This document shows positions 16,860-31,776 of a stretch of 64,000 nt of DNA, piece after piece. The notes under the pieces are model-generated. The model had not been told where the DNA came from, searched no databases, and saw nothing but the letters and a program-made list of their open reading frames with translations. The position numbers were made by a program, and so were the translations under genes. The stretch lies in assembly GCF_009914755.1 (NCBI RefSeq), contig NC_060931.1. One strand, 5' to 3'. The DNA comes from the human T2T-CHM13v2.0 reference genome, Homo sapiens. Each line of letters begins with the position of its first letter. Position 1 is the first letter of the stretch.

Positions 16860-17629
16860 CTCCTGTTGGTTTTGTCTGCTGACACGTGGGTAGTGCTGAC
16901 CCAGTGTCTGACCGGATTGTCTCCATCCATAACTTCATCTAGCCCTGTTTACAAAAGAATGAACACAAGTGACAGCCTCAGTGAACCTGCACCATGAGGA
17001 TGCCCTTACTTCTCCCACACTCTCACTTTCTTCTCTTCTTGGCTCCTCTTCCCCTGTACTTCTCTCTGTTGACATAGAATATGCAAAGTCCAAGAGATGT
17101 GGCAATGCCAGTAAGAGCTAAGTTACTTGCAGCTGGCGGTGCCACCTGTGCCTATCAAATTTCAGCCAAAGCAATTGCTTTCCCAGAATGCCCTGTTTTG
17201 GGGAATTGGAAAGTGAATCTGTAGGGGCGGCAATGGCTGTATAGAAGAGAGCTTTTCTCTGGGCTCAAATATGAGGACAAAATTGTGAAGTAGGACTGTA
17301 GATAATCCCAAATCCCCACTTTTGCATCTTCCTGAGCTCAGAGGCAACCCAAGAGATTTCCGAGTTAATCCTTTGGACTTTAGGTGAACTCTCAGCTAGA
17401 ACCATCGTTTGCAAGCAGATCTCCTGTGGAGGTGACAGTTCCATAACCTATCCTGGTGGTTGTATAGTTGAGAATGTTTGTGATTCCTTCTCTCTCCACA
17501 AGACCTCACCACTTCCAGTTATGTTCATTTTATTTTTGTTTAGTCATTTTTGTGCTTAGGGAACAATTTTTCAGCTTTGTACTCTCACCTCATAAAAGTC
17601 CTTTGTATCATTGTGAAAAAGCAAGTCAA

Positions 17630-18014
<385 letters not shown>

Positions 18015-18150
18015 CTAAGAATTTGTCACTTTTTAGTATTTTCTCTTTTCTGATAAACTGTTCCAGCTTTTCATCACTTTTTAATCAGCTTTCATCAGTT
18101 TTATCATACTCAACCTCTGGTATTTTTCTTTGTATGCTCTCTTTTTCTCC

Positions 18151-18485
18151 TTTTTTTGTTTTGTTCATGAGACAGGTCTTGCTCTGTTGCCCAGGCTGGA
18201 ATGCAGTGGTGTAATCTTGGCTCATTGCAGCCTCAACCACCTGGGCTTAAGCGATCCTCCTATCTCAGCCTCCCAAAGTAGTTGGGACCACAGGCACATG
18301 CCACCATGCCTGGCTAATTTTTTATTGTTTTATTATTTATTTATTTGTTTATTTATTTATTTTTTCTTTAAGAGATGGGGGTCTCTCCCTATGTTGCCCA
18401 GACTGGTGTTGAACTCCTAGGCTCAAGCAATCCTCCCACCTTGGCCTCCCAAAGTGCTAGGAGGCATGAGCCACCACACCTGGCT
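18151..18485 (-). mobile_element. AluJ with (TTTA)n-expanded linker
   Basis: AluJ-type gcagcctcaac...gggcttaagcgatcctcc and gaactcctaggctcaagcaatcctccc. Confidence 0.9.
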
Positions 18486-18739
18486 CTTTTCTGTTGTTCA
18501 TTCTCTTCACCCTTGTTTAGATCCTAAAGTGACCCAGGCACTTCAGGATCTGAAGATAGCTGGATGATGATGAGTCTTCTTAAAAGGTAGCATTTTATAG
18601 CAAACATGATGTAGAGCCACTGAAGGGTTTTATAGTTGCTGTCCTCAGGGGCTGGATTTTTAAACTGGAATATCCATGGGGACTTTGAAAATTCCACCTG
18701 CTGGGGCTCTACCTCATTTGAGAACCACTACCTTAATAA

Positions 18740-19560
18740 GTTCATGGCCTTACAATGGGAGTGGGAGGAGAGGTGACTTTGGAGCAGACAATTACAATGT
18801 GAGTGACAGTTATCTCTTTCATGAGTACTGCTGTACAAACTGGGAATGCCTGATCTGGTTCTTGGAGAGGGAGTGGAGGTTAACCTGATTTATGTAAAGT
18901 TGTAGTGGTCATGGCGGGGGAGGAGGTTGCATTCCATGAAGCACCATTTGGAAAGACCCAAAGTGTGGGGCCTGGTTATTTGGAGGACCTGGAGATGTTG
19001 TTGGAATGCTTAGAAATTACAGGAATGAGGATAGGAAGGAGCCAGATCCCAAGTGGTCTTGACAAGTCTTGTTAAAGAGTTTTCATTTCATAGTGCAAGT
19101 GATGTAGAGCCACTGAAGGGTTTCATGTTGTAGAATTTATTAGATGTGTGTGAGAGATAGCTCACTCAGTTAGTTTTGTGGAAGATGGCTGTGTAAGCAT
19201 GAGATTGGAGGCAAGAACTTCAGGAAAAATTATGATGATGACTGGGAGAGAAGGTGGACAATTCTAGAGATGTTTAGAACACAAAATTGACAGGACAAAG
19301 TCAACGAGTCAATGTGGCAGTGATTTATAGAGAGGCCTCAAGGATAACCAAGTATCTGCTTTATTCAACCAAGTGAGTGCTGGTACAATTCACTAAGAGA
19401 GGCAGTATAGGGGAGTGAATAAGAGCACATATTTGAATCCTAGACCTGCCACTCGCCTATGAGTTACATTTTGGGTGTATTCATTTTTAAGACGTCCATG
19501 GGATGAGCAAAGAAAGAGATCCTGTGGGAGTTTGAGTCTGGAGCTCAGAGAAGCAGCCTG
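18740..19560 (-). mobile_element. L2 fragment
   Basis: Purine-rich degenerate L2 antisense motifs (gagccagatc...gagccactgaagggttt...agattggaggcaag...gtctggagctcagaga). Confidence 0.6.
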
Positions 19561-19705
19561 GACCTCTGGTGCACGTGATCCATGCAGTCCATGGATCAGA
19601 ACTCTTTCAGGAAAAAAAAAATGCGGTTATTAGGACAAGTGTTGAGTATGTGTGATTTTTATTTCTTTGTGATTTAGCTGGAGGACTATAGAGCTGACCA
19701 GAATA

Positions 19706-19787
19706 AAGGCAATAAATATATAAATAATCATCTACCTATGATATACTCAAGGCAATAAATATATAAATAATCATCTACATATGATAT
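19706..19787. repeat. 43-bp tandem duplication
   Basis: aaggcaataaatatataaataatcatctac(c/a)tatgatat repeated at 19706 and 19749. Confidence 0.9.
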
Positions 19788-20859
19788 GAGTATATCATTA
19801 TCTGCTGTCATTATTATTAGTGAAGGCATGTTACATATTTGTTTGGACCACAGCATACTTTCAGGAAACTCTTGATAAACAGCTTTCTTTTTTATTTATT
19901 GCCCTGCTTTCTTTTGATTGCTTTTGCCGTAGCATCAACCTGCATCTTATTTTAATCATCTCCTCTCTGAACATTGATGATTCCGCAGCTTTGTTAGAAT
20001 ACATCTTGGGAGATTCCATTTTTTAAAGGCTCTTTCAAGGGCATATGGCATTAGATGATTATGATATGGCGCATTTAGAATATGCCATGATTTCTCTCCT
20101 GCTGAATCCCTCACACGTGTTTGAAGTAATTATTATCCTCTCTGCTAGCTCATGAGACTTGTTAGATCACTATTTGTGGGTGTCATAAAATGTTGGCAAG
20201 ACCCCAGTGTGAAACGCAGTGTGAAATACATGTGGTTAAACTTCTCTGATTTTGTATGTCAATCAAAACAAAATGGCTTAAAACAGTAGATGAATTTCAA
20301 AAGAAACTTCAGGATTCTAGAGCAAAAATGACACATGGAACTCTTTAGGTCTGTGTTTTGATATTTAATTCAGGGAGTCATACACAGGAGGACGTATGCA
20401 ATATAGTAGAATTTAGATGTGTTATGATTATATCTGATAATGTTACAAATACTGAGCAGCTTTTTGTTACATCATATTTGGTCCCAAAATGTCATGCCAT
20501 GCAATGCTGGGGGTGTTTAAATACCAAATTTATGCATATTTTCAAGGAAGAAGCAGATAATCTTCTAACTATACAGACTGTGTTACTTATCAGAAATAAT
20601 AGTTTATGAATTGTCAAACAGTGAAAATTTTAAACCATGTATCCCTGATAATACTTTTATGTCTTCATTAAGCATCACTAATACTGAATATGAGTATCTA
20701 TCTGATGAGGACCTTAGAATCTTATTATAGTTAGATATAACAAGATTTTATTTATTGTTTTTATCATGGTGAAGGGTATATAATGTCAGCATGATCTCTC
20801 CTTTAGTTTTACCTCTTCTGGTGTTTTGCAGTCTTAAATGGGTGTCTTTAGGAATATCC

Positions 20860-20901
20860 CTTATTTCTAGTTTTAGAGCTCTTACTTCTAGTTTTAGAGC
20901 T
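20860..20901. repeat. 21-bp tandem duplication
   Basis: ctta(t/c)ttctagttttagagct x2. Confidence 0.85.
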
Positions 20902-23035
20902 TCTACCTAATAAAGGTATAATTAGATTGGTCTTTTCTGCATTTATTAATCAAAGACTATTCTTTTACATGTGACTTTTTAGCAACATCCATAATTTAAG
21001 TGATATTTGCCCAAATATTATCTGTACTCCCACCTTTACAAGAGGATTTAATAACTTAATAGAGTATGTTATAGTAATGAGTTGGATGACCAAATATATT
21101 TCAACTAATAGAAAGACCATGATGTAGCTGCTGAAATACCTGAGAAAGGTAGCTTACCATATAAAGAAAGACAGCTAGGATTTTGATCACCTTCTTGCTT
21201 TAGTGAATGATGCTAGATCTTCCTCCAACGTAAATCTTTCTGCTCACTTTAATTCTAGATGTGTGAATTCTTGACTTGAGGACTTTGATGTCAGATTTCA
21301 CCTACTTGAAGGCCCATTGGAAGAATAACTTCTAACTCATTAAACAATTCCCCATTTAGCCAAAGTTAGTCTCATAGATGTCTGTGATGGCTTGTTAGGT
21401 GGCACAGTGACTAAATTTGATGCTCAGAAAAGATGGTCTTAACAAAGAGTTCTTTCTTTTCACACAAGTGTAAGCTTTCTGACAGTTATCACCCAAAATG
21501 CATCTTGTTATTGTTGTCTTTTCTACTCATGGCTGTGAGTGTCAGACACTGTGCTTCCATTCACTAACATGAAGACATTTGTGAAAGGGCCTTCATCAAT
21601 ATCTGACACTGGTGAATTGAAGAATAATATACTAGCTACATAAAACTGTGTTTATTCTTCCTAAACCAATCATTGCTTTTTGCAGCATTTCCAATGAAAT
21701 TGTGATTTTTTAGCAGATTCTTCTTTGATGGAGCTGTGATTTGCAATAATCTTGTCATGCCAGGCTCAAAATACTACTAAATGAAGACATTTGTGGAAGG
21801 GAATGATTGTAAATTGCATGCAAATTTCAACTCGGCTGGAATTAATCAATATGGAAACAGAACTTGTGCGTTCCTGATATAATGATGCTGAAACTAATCC
21901 CATGGAGTTCTATTTCCGTGGGAATTAGGCAGTTATTTTGCTTTAAATCTATCTCTCTCTCTCCTTTTTTTACCCTTGAAGACAAAGTCCTGTTTTTGAG
22001 TTTTTTAAAAGTAACTTCTTTGGGGATTTAGAGAGGTTATAAAGGAAACAGGAGTAAAATCAAGCATCTGACTTCCCCTGTGGGGACATCTGACATTTCC
22101 TATTTAATTTGCTGTGCTTGTTTAATGAATCTTTCCCCCAATTTTTCTTGCTAGTTTTTTTTTTTCACTGAAAATTCTAAGGCTTATGAGATAGTAGGTG
22201 ATGCAATCTTTATTCTATGTTAAATATGCGACACTGGTCTCTAAATGGGATGTTCTTTCTTTTACACCAGTTTCTTAGGGTGATCCCAGCTTATCCTTGA
22301 TGAAAGCTTTTTGTTTTTGTTTTTTAAGTCGCTTTTGGAGGAACAGGTCACCAACCTTGACTTTTTAATGCCTGCTTACATTCAAATTTCTCATTTTCTT
22401 TGATTGGCAAGATTAGGTTTATGGCCTTTTATTCTTACACTTGGCAACTAGATCGGTTAACCTTAGATTATTTGTTCCCCACCTTTTCTTCAGCTGTTTA
22501 GGTCACAAATTTGTAGAAAGGTCTTATCATTGGCATATTTTGTACCACCAGTGCATCAGTGCTATACTCATATATCCTTAGAGGCTGACAACTTACTTCC
22601 CAGCCCCTTTGGAGTACTTTAAGAATCCCTTTATTTATAGCCCAGCTTAAGCCCCAGTGGGTAACACTCCATAAACCTGCAGTGACATCCAGTGGCCTCG
22701 TGGTGTAATTTTTTACAAACTTTTCTAAAAGGAATTACAGGGGCAGTATTTCCTGTCAAAGAAAAATACTGTTGGAGTTATTGAAGGGGGTTTCCTAAAT
22801 ACATTTATGTACAATAGTTACTGGCATACTCCTTGATAGGATTACTAGGAGAATGATTATTCATTTTTTGGTTTTTGAGTGAAGGATTAACGGCCTCTGA
22901 TGAAATCAGCTTTATTCCAAGATCAGATAAAAAATATAAAATTGAGGACAATATTTTTAAGAGGACAATTTTTAATTAAAAAAAATCAACAGTGTAGAAT
23001 TTCCTATTCTGGATAGATTTAAGAAATAAAGGAGA

Positions 23036-23400
<365 letters not shown>

Positions 23401-24201
23401 CTATGTTGTTCCCCTTCTTGGTTCTTGTGCAGTCAATGTCTTTGAGAGTCTTCTTCCACTGTGTTAACTCTTTAATTTTCTCAAACCACCTAAGACTGCT
23501 ACTATAAATCAGAGCCAAGAGATTCCCAATCTGATTACTGTCTTTAATTGTATTATTAAACGAAAACATATTTTTATAAAAATGATGCCCCATTATTATA
23601 AAATATTTACGTGGTAGAAAAATGTACGAAGAAAATGTGAGCACATCAGTGCAAATCTTACCCTTTTCACAGAAATAACCAGCGTTAACATTTGGTAAAC
23701 CTCTTTGAAAATGCTCTCTATATGCTCTTTTATATTCTTTCCATGCATATATATTGATAGAACGATAAATAAATTGGAAGCTAAGAAATAATTTCATGAT
23801 ACTGAATTGAACGACTTATAACGGCTGTGTTTATTTGGTTTGTAATTACCGCAAAATGTTATACTAGGTGGGGAGAGGACCAGGAAGAGGTTTGCTTTTT
23901 TTAAAAGAGATGACTTTGCCTTTCTTGTGACAGGGAGGGCTGGCTAGGCAGGATCAGGTTTGGGAGAGGGTCAATAGAGAGGAGTGGTGTGCAGCCACCT
24001 CATGGCTGCCAGCTATGAGGTTTGGTTTAGATAAGTTAACTGAGGCTGGAATGGGACAGCATAGTTCATATGTTTAAACACCCAGGACGAGATGTTCCCA
24101 GAGCTCAGAGAGTTCATACGAGTAAGTCTAGCATGTAGAAACTAAGCCAGTAGAATGTTCCAAACTGATGCTAGGCACATTCATACCAAAGATGAGTGTT
24201 A

Positions 24202-24257
24202 GGTTGTGGTGGTGGGGGGGGGGGGGGGCAGAGGGGGAGGGAGAAGGAGAGGGAGAG
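24202..24257 (+). repeat. G15 homopolymer and GA-rich tract
   Basis: ggttgtggtggt-G15(24214-24228)-cagagggggagggagaaggagaggg. Confidence 0.85.
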
Positions 24258-24959
24258 ATCTTTAGATATCTTTAGCAATTGATACTGAACCAGAAATTTG
24301 AAATTTAGATTTCGCTCTGTCATGCCCATTCCCCAGACACTTCTCAGATACAATGCAAAAGCCATATGCTACTGGGAGAGAGGCAAGAAACCTGTTTGCC
24401 ATTCTAGTCCTAACAAAGATTAGCTGCTGTGGGGGAAGGACTATGAATCTCCCCCTGCTTTGCAAAGAAATGGGGCAAACGTCGTTTGCAGTTGAGAGAG
24501 ATCATTTTGCCCATGATTCTGCACTAATGCACTGATCCTCTACCTCTGGTAGAGGAACAGGAAACTTTCTCATGCCCAAGATATTCCACCAATACAAGGC
24601 AAAACTTGGCTTCCCCGTGGGAGGGATGTGGGGAAGAAAACTGATTGTATTTCATACCCTGAACTGAGTAGGAAGCAGAGATTACATGTCATTGGGGTGG
24701 AGGAAGAAATGCTAAGAAAGTCATGTACTTGAGTCCCAGATGTGCAGGGCTAGGCTAAGACTGTGCTTGGAGCAGGAGAACTGAGAAATTCTCCTTCCCC
24801 CCTCCAAGAGCCTTCAACCATAACAAAGAAACAGTAACAGGCTTGCAGTCTACTGCTAGAGGAGTGGCAAGAGCATGGGAAGAAACGCAGACACCCTGCA
24901 ATGCTTATGTGCAGGTCCTACTTAGGTCCTACTGTAAGTTTAGGGTGGATCCTGAACAC

Positions 24960-25437
24960 TGAGAAAACCTTTTTGACAGCAAAAAATAAAATAAACTTTC
25001 ATTTCTATATAGATTTAGATTACAAAGTTATGCAGGTAGAATTCTCGTATAAAATCAATCTAGTTTTCCCTGTTGTTACATCTTACACTTGTAAGATGTA
25101 GTTGTTATAAGTAGATGTAATTGTTATAAGATGTAATTGTTATAAGTAGTAAACCAATATTGCTACATTATTATTAAATGAAGTACATACTTTATTCAAA
25201 TTTTCTTAGTTTATACTTTACTGATCTTTTTCTGTTGTAGTATCCTATCTAAAGTAGGATACTATGTTGTATGTTTAGTCATTATATCTCCTCAGGTGCC
25301 TGTAAGACTGTGACAGTTTCTCAGATAGTTTTTCTTTTTGATGATAGTTTTAAGGAGTACTGGTCAGGTATTTTAGAGAATGTTCTTCGATTGGTTGGAT
25401 TAAAAAATTTTTTTGATGTTTTTCTCATGATTAGACC
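24960..25437 (-). mobile_element. Old L1M (MB/MC/MD-type) 3'UTR fragment
   Basis: gtgacagtttctcaga...ggagtactggtcaggtatttt...gatgttttctcatgattagac. Confidence 0.7.
25093..25148. repeat. Short minisatellite, about 3 units of agatgta(g/a)ttgttata(agt)
   Basis: Read directly from the sequence. Confidence 0.8.
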
Positions 25438-26684
25438 CTCAGTTGGCCTCTGTTTTGAATCTTCTAGACTCACAAAAGACTATGTCACAGCAGTCTATCA
25501 GAGGAGGAATTTTTATCCTGTGGTGCATCAACACTAGTTATAGCAACAGTAAAATACAGACACAATTCAACTACTGAGTAGATTTATTCAGTCCCCCCAT
25601 GCTAACAGCTTGAAAGAAGTAGTTACCCATTTCCAGGTAGAAATATTATTTACCTGAGTTTCTTTTATACATAAAGTTTGGGTTCAATTAAAAAAATTAT
25701 GACATAGACACACTCACGTAAGATAAAAAAAAAAGGTGACTGTTCAAGATGTAAAATAGTCAACAAAATCTGACATGCAAACTTCAGACAGGGACCTTGA
25801 AATAACTATGATTACTGTATTAAAAGGTTTAATGGAAAAGGTGGACAATATACATAAATCGTGATGTGGAATTTTAGTAGAGTGATGGAATCTGTAAGAG
25901 TCAGAAAAAAATGCTAGAAATGAAAAACACAATATCATATATGAAAAAATTTTCTGTGGGTTTATCAACAGACTTGATACGATAGAGGAAAGAATAAGTG
26001 ACCTTGAGGATAGGCTAATAAAGCCTTTCAACTGAAATAGAGCAAAAAGAGTGGAAATAAAAAATGGAGCATTGCCATAGAAAATTTCCTGACCGCCTAA
26101 CATACTTCAAGAGAGAGAAAATAGGCTAGAAGAAACGCTAGAAGAGATAATGGCTGAGAATTTTCCAAAATGAAAGATAGCCAACCACAGACTCAGAATA
26201 AATATGAAGAAAAGCATACCTACGTACACTGAAGTCAGACTGCTGAAAATCAAAGATAAAGAAGTCTTGAAGACAGAGAAAAAAATAAATATTCATGCAG
26301 AGGTATAATAGATAAAAGCTCAGTACATTTTATGTCAGAAATTATGTTAGTGAAAAGAGTTGGAGTGACATCTTTAAAAAACTGAAAGAACAAATACCCT
26401 CAACCTAGAATTCTGTATCCAGGAAAAATATATTGCAAAACGGAAAGTAAATTAAGTCTTCGTCAGATGAAGCAAGAGAAGTTTTGCTAGCAGAACAGGT
26501 CTATCTGAAGAGCTTACAGGAAGCTCTTCAGACAGTAGGAAAACTCTTCAGATAGCAGGAGTACGCTGCTCTATAGAAAGAACATTTTGTTCTACACAAA
26601 GGAATGATGGACACCAGAAATATAAAAATATGAATAAACAGACAAGACATTTTTTCTTCTAATCTTTTGAAATGAGATTAGAGT

Positions 26685-27236
26685 ATGGGTTGACAATGAG
26701 CCTGGTATGGTTTGACTCTGTGTCTCCACCCAAATCTCATTTCAAATTGTAATCCCCACGTGTTGGAGGAAGGGCCTGGTGGGAGGTGATTGGATCATGG
26801 GGGCAGTTCCCCACTGCTGTTCTCATGATAGCGAGTGAGTTCTCATGAGATCTGGTGGTTTAAAAGTGTGTGACAATTCCTGCTTGCTTGCTCTCTCCTG
26901 CTCCCCTATGGTAAGACGTGCTTGTTTCCCCTTCACCTTCTGCCATGATTATAAGTTTCCTGAGGCCTCTCAGTCATAATTTCTGTTAAGGCTGTGGAAC
27001 CATGAGTCGATTAAACCTCTTTTCTTTGTAAATTACCCAGTCTCAGGTAGTTTTTTATAGCAGTGTGAGAATGGACCAATATGAGTCAAATCTAACATCA
27101 GGCTTGTTTTGTGCAGCCCATGAGCAAATAATTTATTTTAAGGGTTGTAAAAAATTTTTTTAAATATAGAATAATTAATGCATATGCAACAAAGAGCATA
27201 TATGGCTTGCAAAGTCTAAATTATTTACTATCTGGT
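26685..27236 (-). mobile_element. MER58 (likely MER58C; hAT-Charlie), split by the LTR
   Basis: Right part gtcaaatct...gcagcccatgagc...aagggttgtaaaa...tatggcttgcaaagtctaaattatttactatctgg; short left part before 26703. Confidence 0.65.
26703..27082 (+). mobile_element. MaLR solo LTR (MSTA/THE1D-like)
   Basis: Starts tggtatggtttg...cccaaatctcat; ends attaaacctcttttc...aaattacccagtctcaggt...aatggaccaata. 5-bp TSD-like gagcc/gagtc. Confidence 0.9.
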
Positions 27237-27332
27237 GCTGGTTTAAAGCAAAAATAATAATTCTATATTATGGGGTTTATAACATGTTAAAATAAAATTT
27301 TGGCAATAATACCTTAAAGGATGGGAGGGAGG

Positions 27333-27386
27333 AAATGGAAATATACTGTTGTAAGGTTTAAATGGAAATATACTGTTGTAAGGTTT
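27333..27386. repeat. Perfect 27-bp tandem duplication
   Basis: aaatggaaatatactgttgtaaggttt x2. Confidence 0.92.
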
Positions 27387-27826
27387 CTGTACAATACATG
27401 AAATAGTATAATAACATTTCAAAGTAGACTATGATAAGTTAAGAACGTATATTGTGAATTTTAGAGCAGCCATTGGGGAAAAAGATAAAGTACAAGATAT
27501 AATTAACAAGCCAATAAAATGAAATCATAAAAATGCTCAGCTAATACAAAAGAAGGCAAAAAAATTAAGAAAAAAAGGGAACAAAAGAACAGATGACTTT
27601 TTTTAAAGTATAATAGTACATAGATACCATATCATCCTTAGCAATAATTACACTAAATATAATTGGTCAGTTAAAAAGCAGAGATTATAAAATTGGATAG
27701 AAAGTAAAACCCAATTTTGTGCTGCCTGCAAAAAACCCATTTTAAATACAGAGCCATGACTATTTTAAAGCAAAGAGGATGGAAAACAGTATGTCATGCA
27801 AACCCTAATCAAAAGAAAACTGGAGT

Positions 27827-28166
<340 letters not shown>

Positions 28167-29208
28167 TTACCAAGTATAAAGCATGGTATCACACACAATA
28201 TAGTGATAAAGGGATCAGTCCATCAAGAAAACAAGAATTCATCAAGAAAAAGGCCTATGTACACAATAACAGAGCTTCAGAATACATAAAGCAAAAACTA
28301 ATAGAATTATAGGAAGAATAGACAAATCTACTAATAAAGTTTGAGATTTCATTGCTCATCCCTCACATTGATAGAACAAGTTAACACAGATTAGGAAGGA
28401 CACCAAAAACTTGAGCAACACTACCGGTCACCTTGACTCAATCAACATTTATAGAATGTGCCCTTCAACAGCAAAATACAGTTTTTTGTCCAAATGCACA
28501 TGCCATACTCATTGTAGACATATTTTGAGCTATTAAGTAAATTTCAATAAGTGTAAAAGCATTGAAATGATGCAAATTATGTTCACTGACCACAACAGAC
28601 TTAAACTAGAACTCAGTAACAGAAGGATACCCGGAATGTCCTCAAATTTTTGGAAATTCGATAACATACTTTTAAATAACCCATATCAAAGAGTAAGTCT
28701 CAAATCTAATTTGATTTTTACAGTTTACATGCCTCTTTTTTCTAGGCATTTAAAAAATATACAGAAGTACAGTCTAGACTGCACATGTGTATATAATTGA
28801 TGACAGTGACATTCTCTCGGAATTTATATTAATGTAGTGCACAATATATTTGAAGTACATTTGGCATAAGGACGTACTAAGTCACAAGACTTGTTTGGGG
28901 AATGTGATTTCTTTGGATAAAATTAAATTCCTTGAACTTGACAACTAATCAGGCTGAAAAAATACACTTGAAGCTTTCTGATACATTATTAAGGAAGTTA
29001 CAGAATATCCATGAATTTAGTTAGCTTTACACTCCAGTGGTACTCCTGAGTATTTTGTAATTGAACTCGTTGATCTTCAGATGTGAATTGGTTCTTCAGA
29101 TCTGTGACCATCAGTCTGTCTACAAACATTTATGCAGGCTCTCTGAGCAAGATGCCTTTCCTCACGGTGGTTTCTAAACTCTCCCAATATTTTCAGCTGC
29201 CTGGGTAG

Positions 29209-29486
<278 letters not shown>

Positions 29487-30110
29487 TGCTCTGCTTTTAA
29501 AGAAGCAGAATTTGTCTAGATGTTTTTGAAGAACATTATGTAATAAAATAGCAGTAAGAGTATGAATTCTCGATATGTATTGAAAATTAGAGTCTTTAAA
29601 AGTCTTGGTGTTTAGAAATTAATATTAGTTTTAATATGACTCTTTAATAATGAAGAATATAAAGTTCTCTGTGTGCTGGTGAGAGGACTTTTTATTTTTA
29701 CTCCTGGAAATACATGATTTGTACCAGTCACTTGTGTGGCCATAATATTTTTGCCCTAAATATTAGGTCATCATTTCCTCTTTATTGTTAGGTAACCCAG
29801 AATGCTAGGTATTCTCTAACAGAAGAAAAAAAAATTGGTTTGCAGTCCTGGTAAGCTGTTGGAGATTTTAATAATCCCAATAAAATATTTCCATTTTTCA
29901 AATGTGTTTAGATGTCCTTGGCAGATTTAGATTAGTTACATGAGATGGATAGAAAACAGGCTCAGGGCTTAGGGTTTATTTTGATGATTTTTAAAATTTG
30001 TTGAAATAAGAGTTGTTTTATTTAAGGAAAAAATAATATTTCTGGATTAAGTATTTCAAATGCGTTATTTTTGGAGAGATGCTACAGAGCTTATGTCAAA
30101 TGATTATTAA

Positions 30111-30410
30111 TATATATATTTTTTTTTTGAGACGGCATCTCACTGTGTCACCCAGGCTGAAGTGCAGTGTCGCGATCTTGGCTCACTGCAAGCTCTGCTT
30201 CCTGAGTTCACGCCATTCTCTTGCCTCAGCCTCCCGAGTAGCTGCGGCTACAGACACGTGTCACCACACCTAGCTAATTTTTTTGTATTTTTAGTAGAGA
30301 CGGGGTTTCACTGTGTTAGCCAGGACGCTTTTGATCTCCCGACCTCATGATCTGCCTGCGTCTACCTCCCAAAGTGCTGGGATTACAGGCATGAGCCACC
30401 GCATACGGCC
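30111..30410 (-). mobile_element. AluY-like
   Basis: gcaagctc...ttcacgccattctc and tgtgttagccagga diagnostics. Confidence 0.9.
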
Positions 30411-30961
30411 TATTAATTCTTAAAAACAATTGTGACCATGATATTAGCACCTAAAGCACTATTCCTTTTCTTAGCCTTGGGAAGACTTCATGGTCATGAA
30501 TACTATTAATTTGATTTTTTAAAATTATGAGTGCCATATGGCTGTAGAATGCAGAGGTTTCATGAAATATATTCAGTGAGAACCAGAAGTGATTTACTAA
30601 TGCCTCAAACTCATTTAAATATCTACCAATTCAACATATAAAATTGTCTTCACGAGAAACATTACGGGGTATGATTTTGTATTTGATCATAATGCTTGCT
30701 AATTATTTCCTGTTAGTATTACTGGTAAAATGGGGGTTGGCAAATTCTAGATAGTGATGCCACATATGTGTGGTGTGGGTTCCTTACAAAACTTTATTTG
30801 CTGCTTAATTTTGTAACATTGCATCATTCCCTAAATAGCCTCAAGATCCAAATACAATTGCAGTAATACTTGCTGAAAATTGGAAACTATTAAAAACATT
30901 CATTTGCTGGGAATCAGGAGAGGGGAGGGAATTTCAAATAATAGAGGTTTTTTTTTATTAA

Positions 30962-31319
<358 letters not shown>

Positions 31320-31465
31320 TAAATATATTAATAAGTTTTAAAGTTTTATATTATTTCCATTTCTATTTTGGTAGTAAAGGTAAATGAACAAGCATTATAG
31401 ATCACAGACATTTAGGTTAAAAGGTCCAAGCTCTTTGAGATGGGATATACTAGGGACACGTTATC

Positions 31466-31776
31466 TTTTTTTTTTTTTTTTTTGAGATGAAGTCTTGCTC
31501 TTGTCCCCCAGGCTGGAGTGCGGTGGTGCGATCTCAGCTCACTGCAACCTCACTGCAACCTCCACCTCCCGGGTTCAAGCGATTCTCCTACCTCACCTTG
31601 CCGAGTAGCTGAGATTACAGGTGCCTGCCACCACGCGTGGCTAATTTTTGTATTTTTAGTAGAGACAGGGTTTCACCATTTTGGCCAGGCTGGTCTTGAA
31701 CTCCTGACCTCGTGATCCACCTTCCTCGGCCTCCTAGAGTGCTGGGATTACAGGTGTGAGCCACCGCCCCCGGCCG
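31466..31776 (-). mobile_element. AluS
   Basis: Dimeric Alu with an internal 11-bp duplication ctcactgcaac. Confidence 0.92.

Noticed and set aside
20860-20901. GTTTTAGAGCT twice, resembling the start of the SpCas9 CRISPR repeat/sgRNA scaffold
   Set aside because: It is a 21-bp tandem duplication with no spacers, the match stops at 11 nt, and there are no cas genes in this human context.
22944-22975. Small tandem duplications (gaggacaat...ttaa here; also near 26521 and 28221)
   Set aside because: Ordinary slippage events with no further structure.
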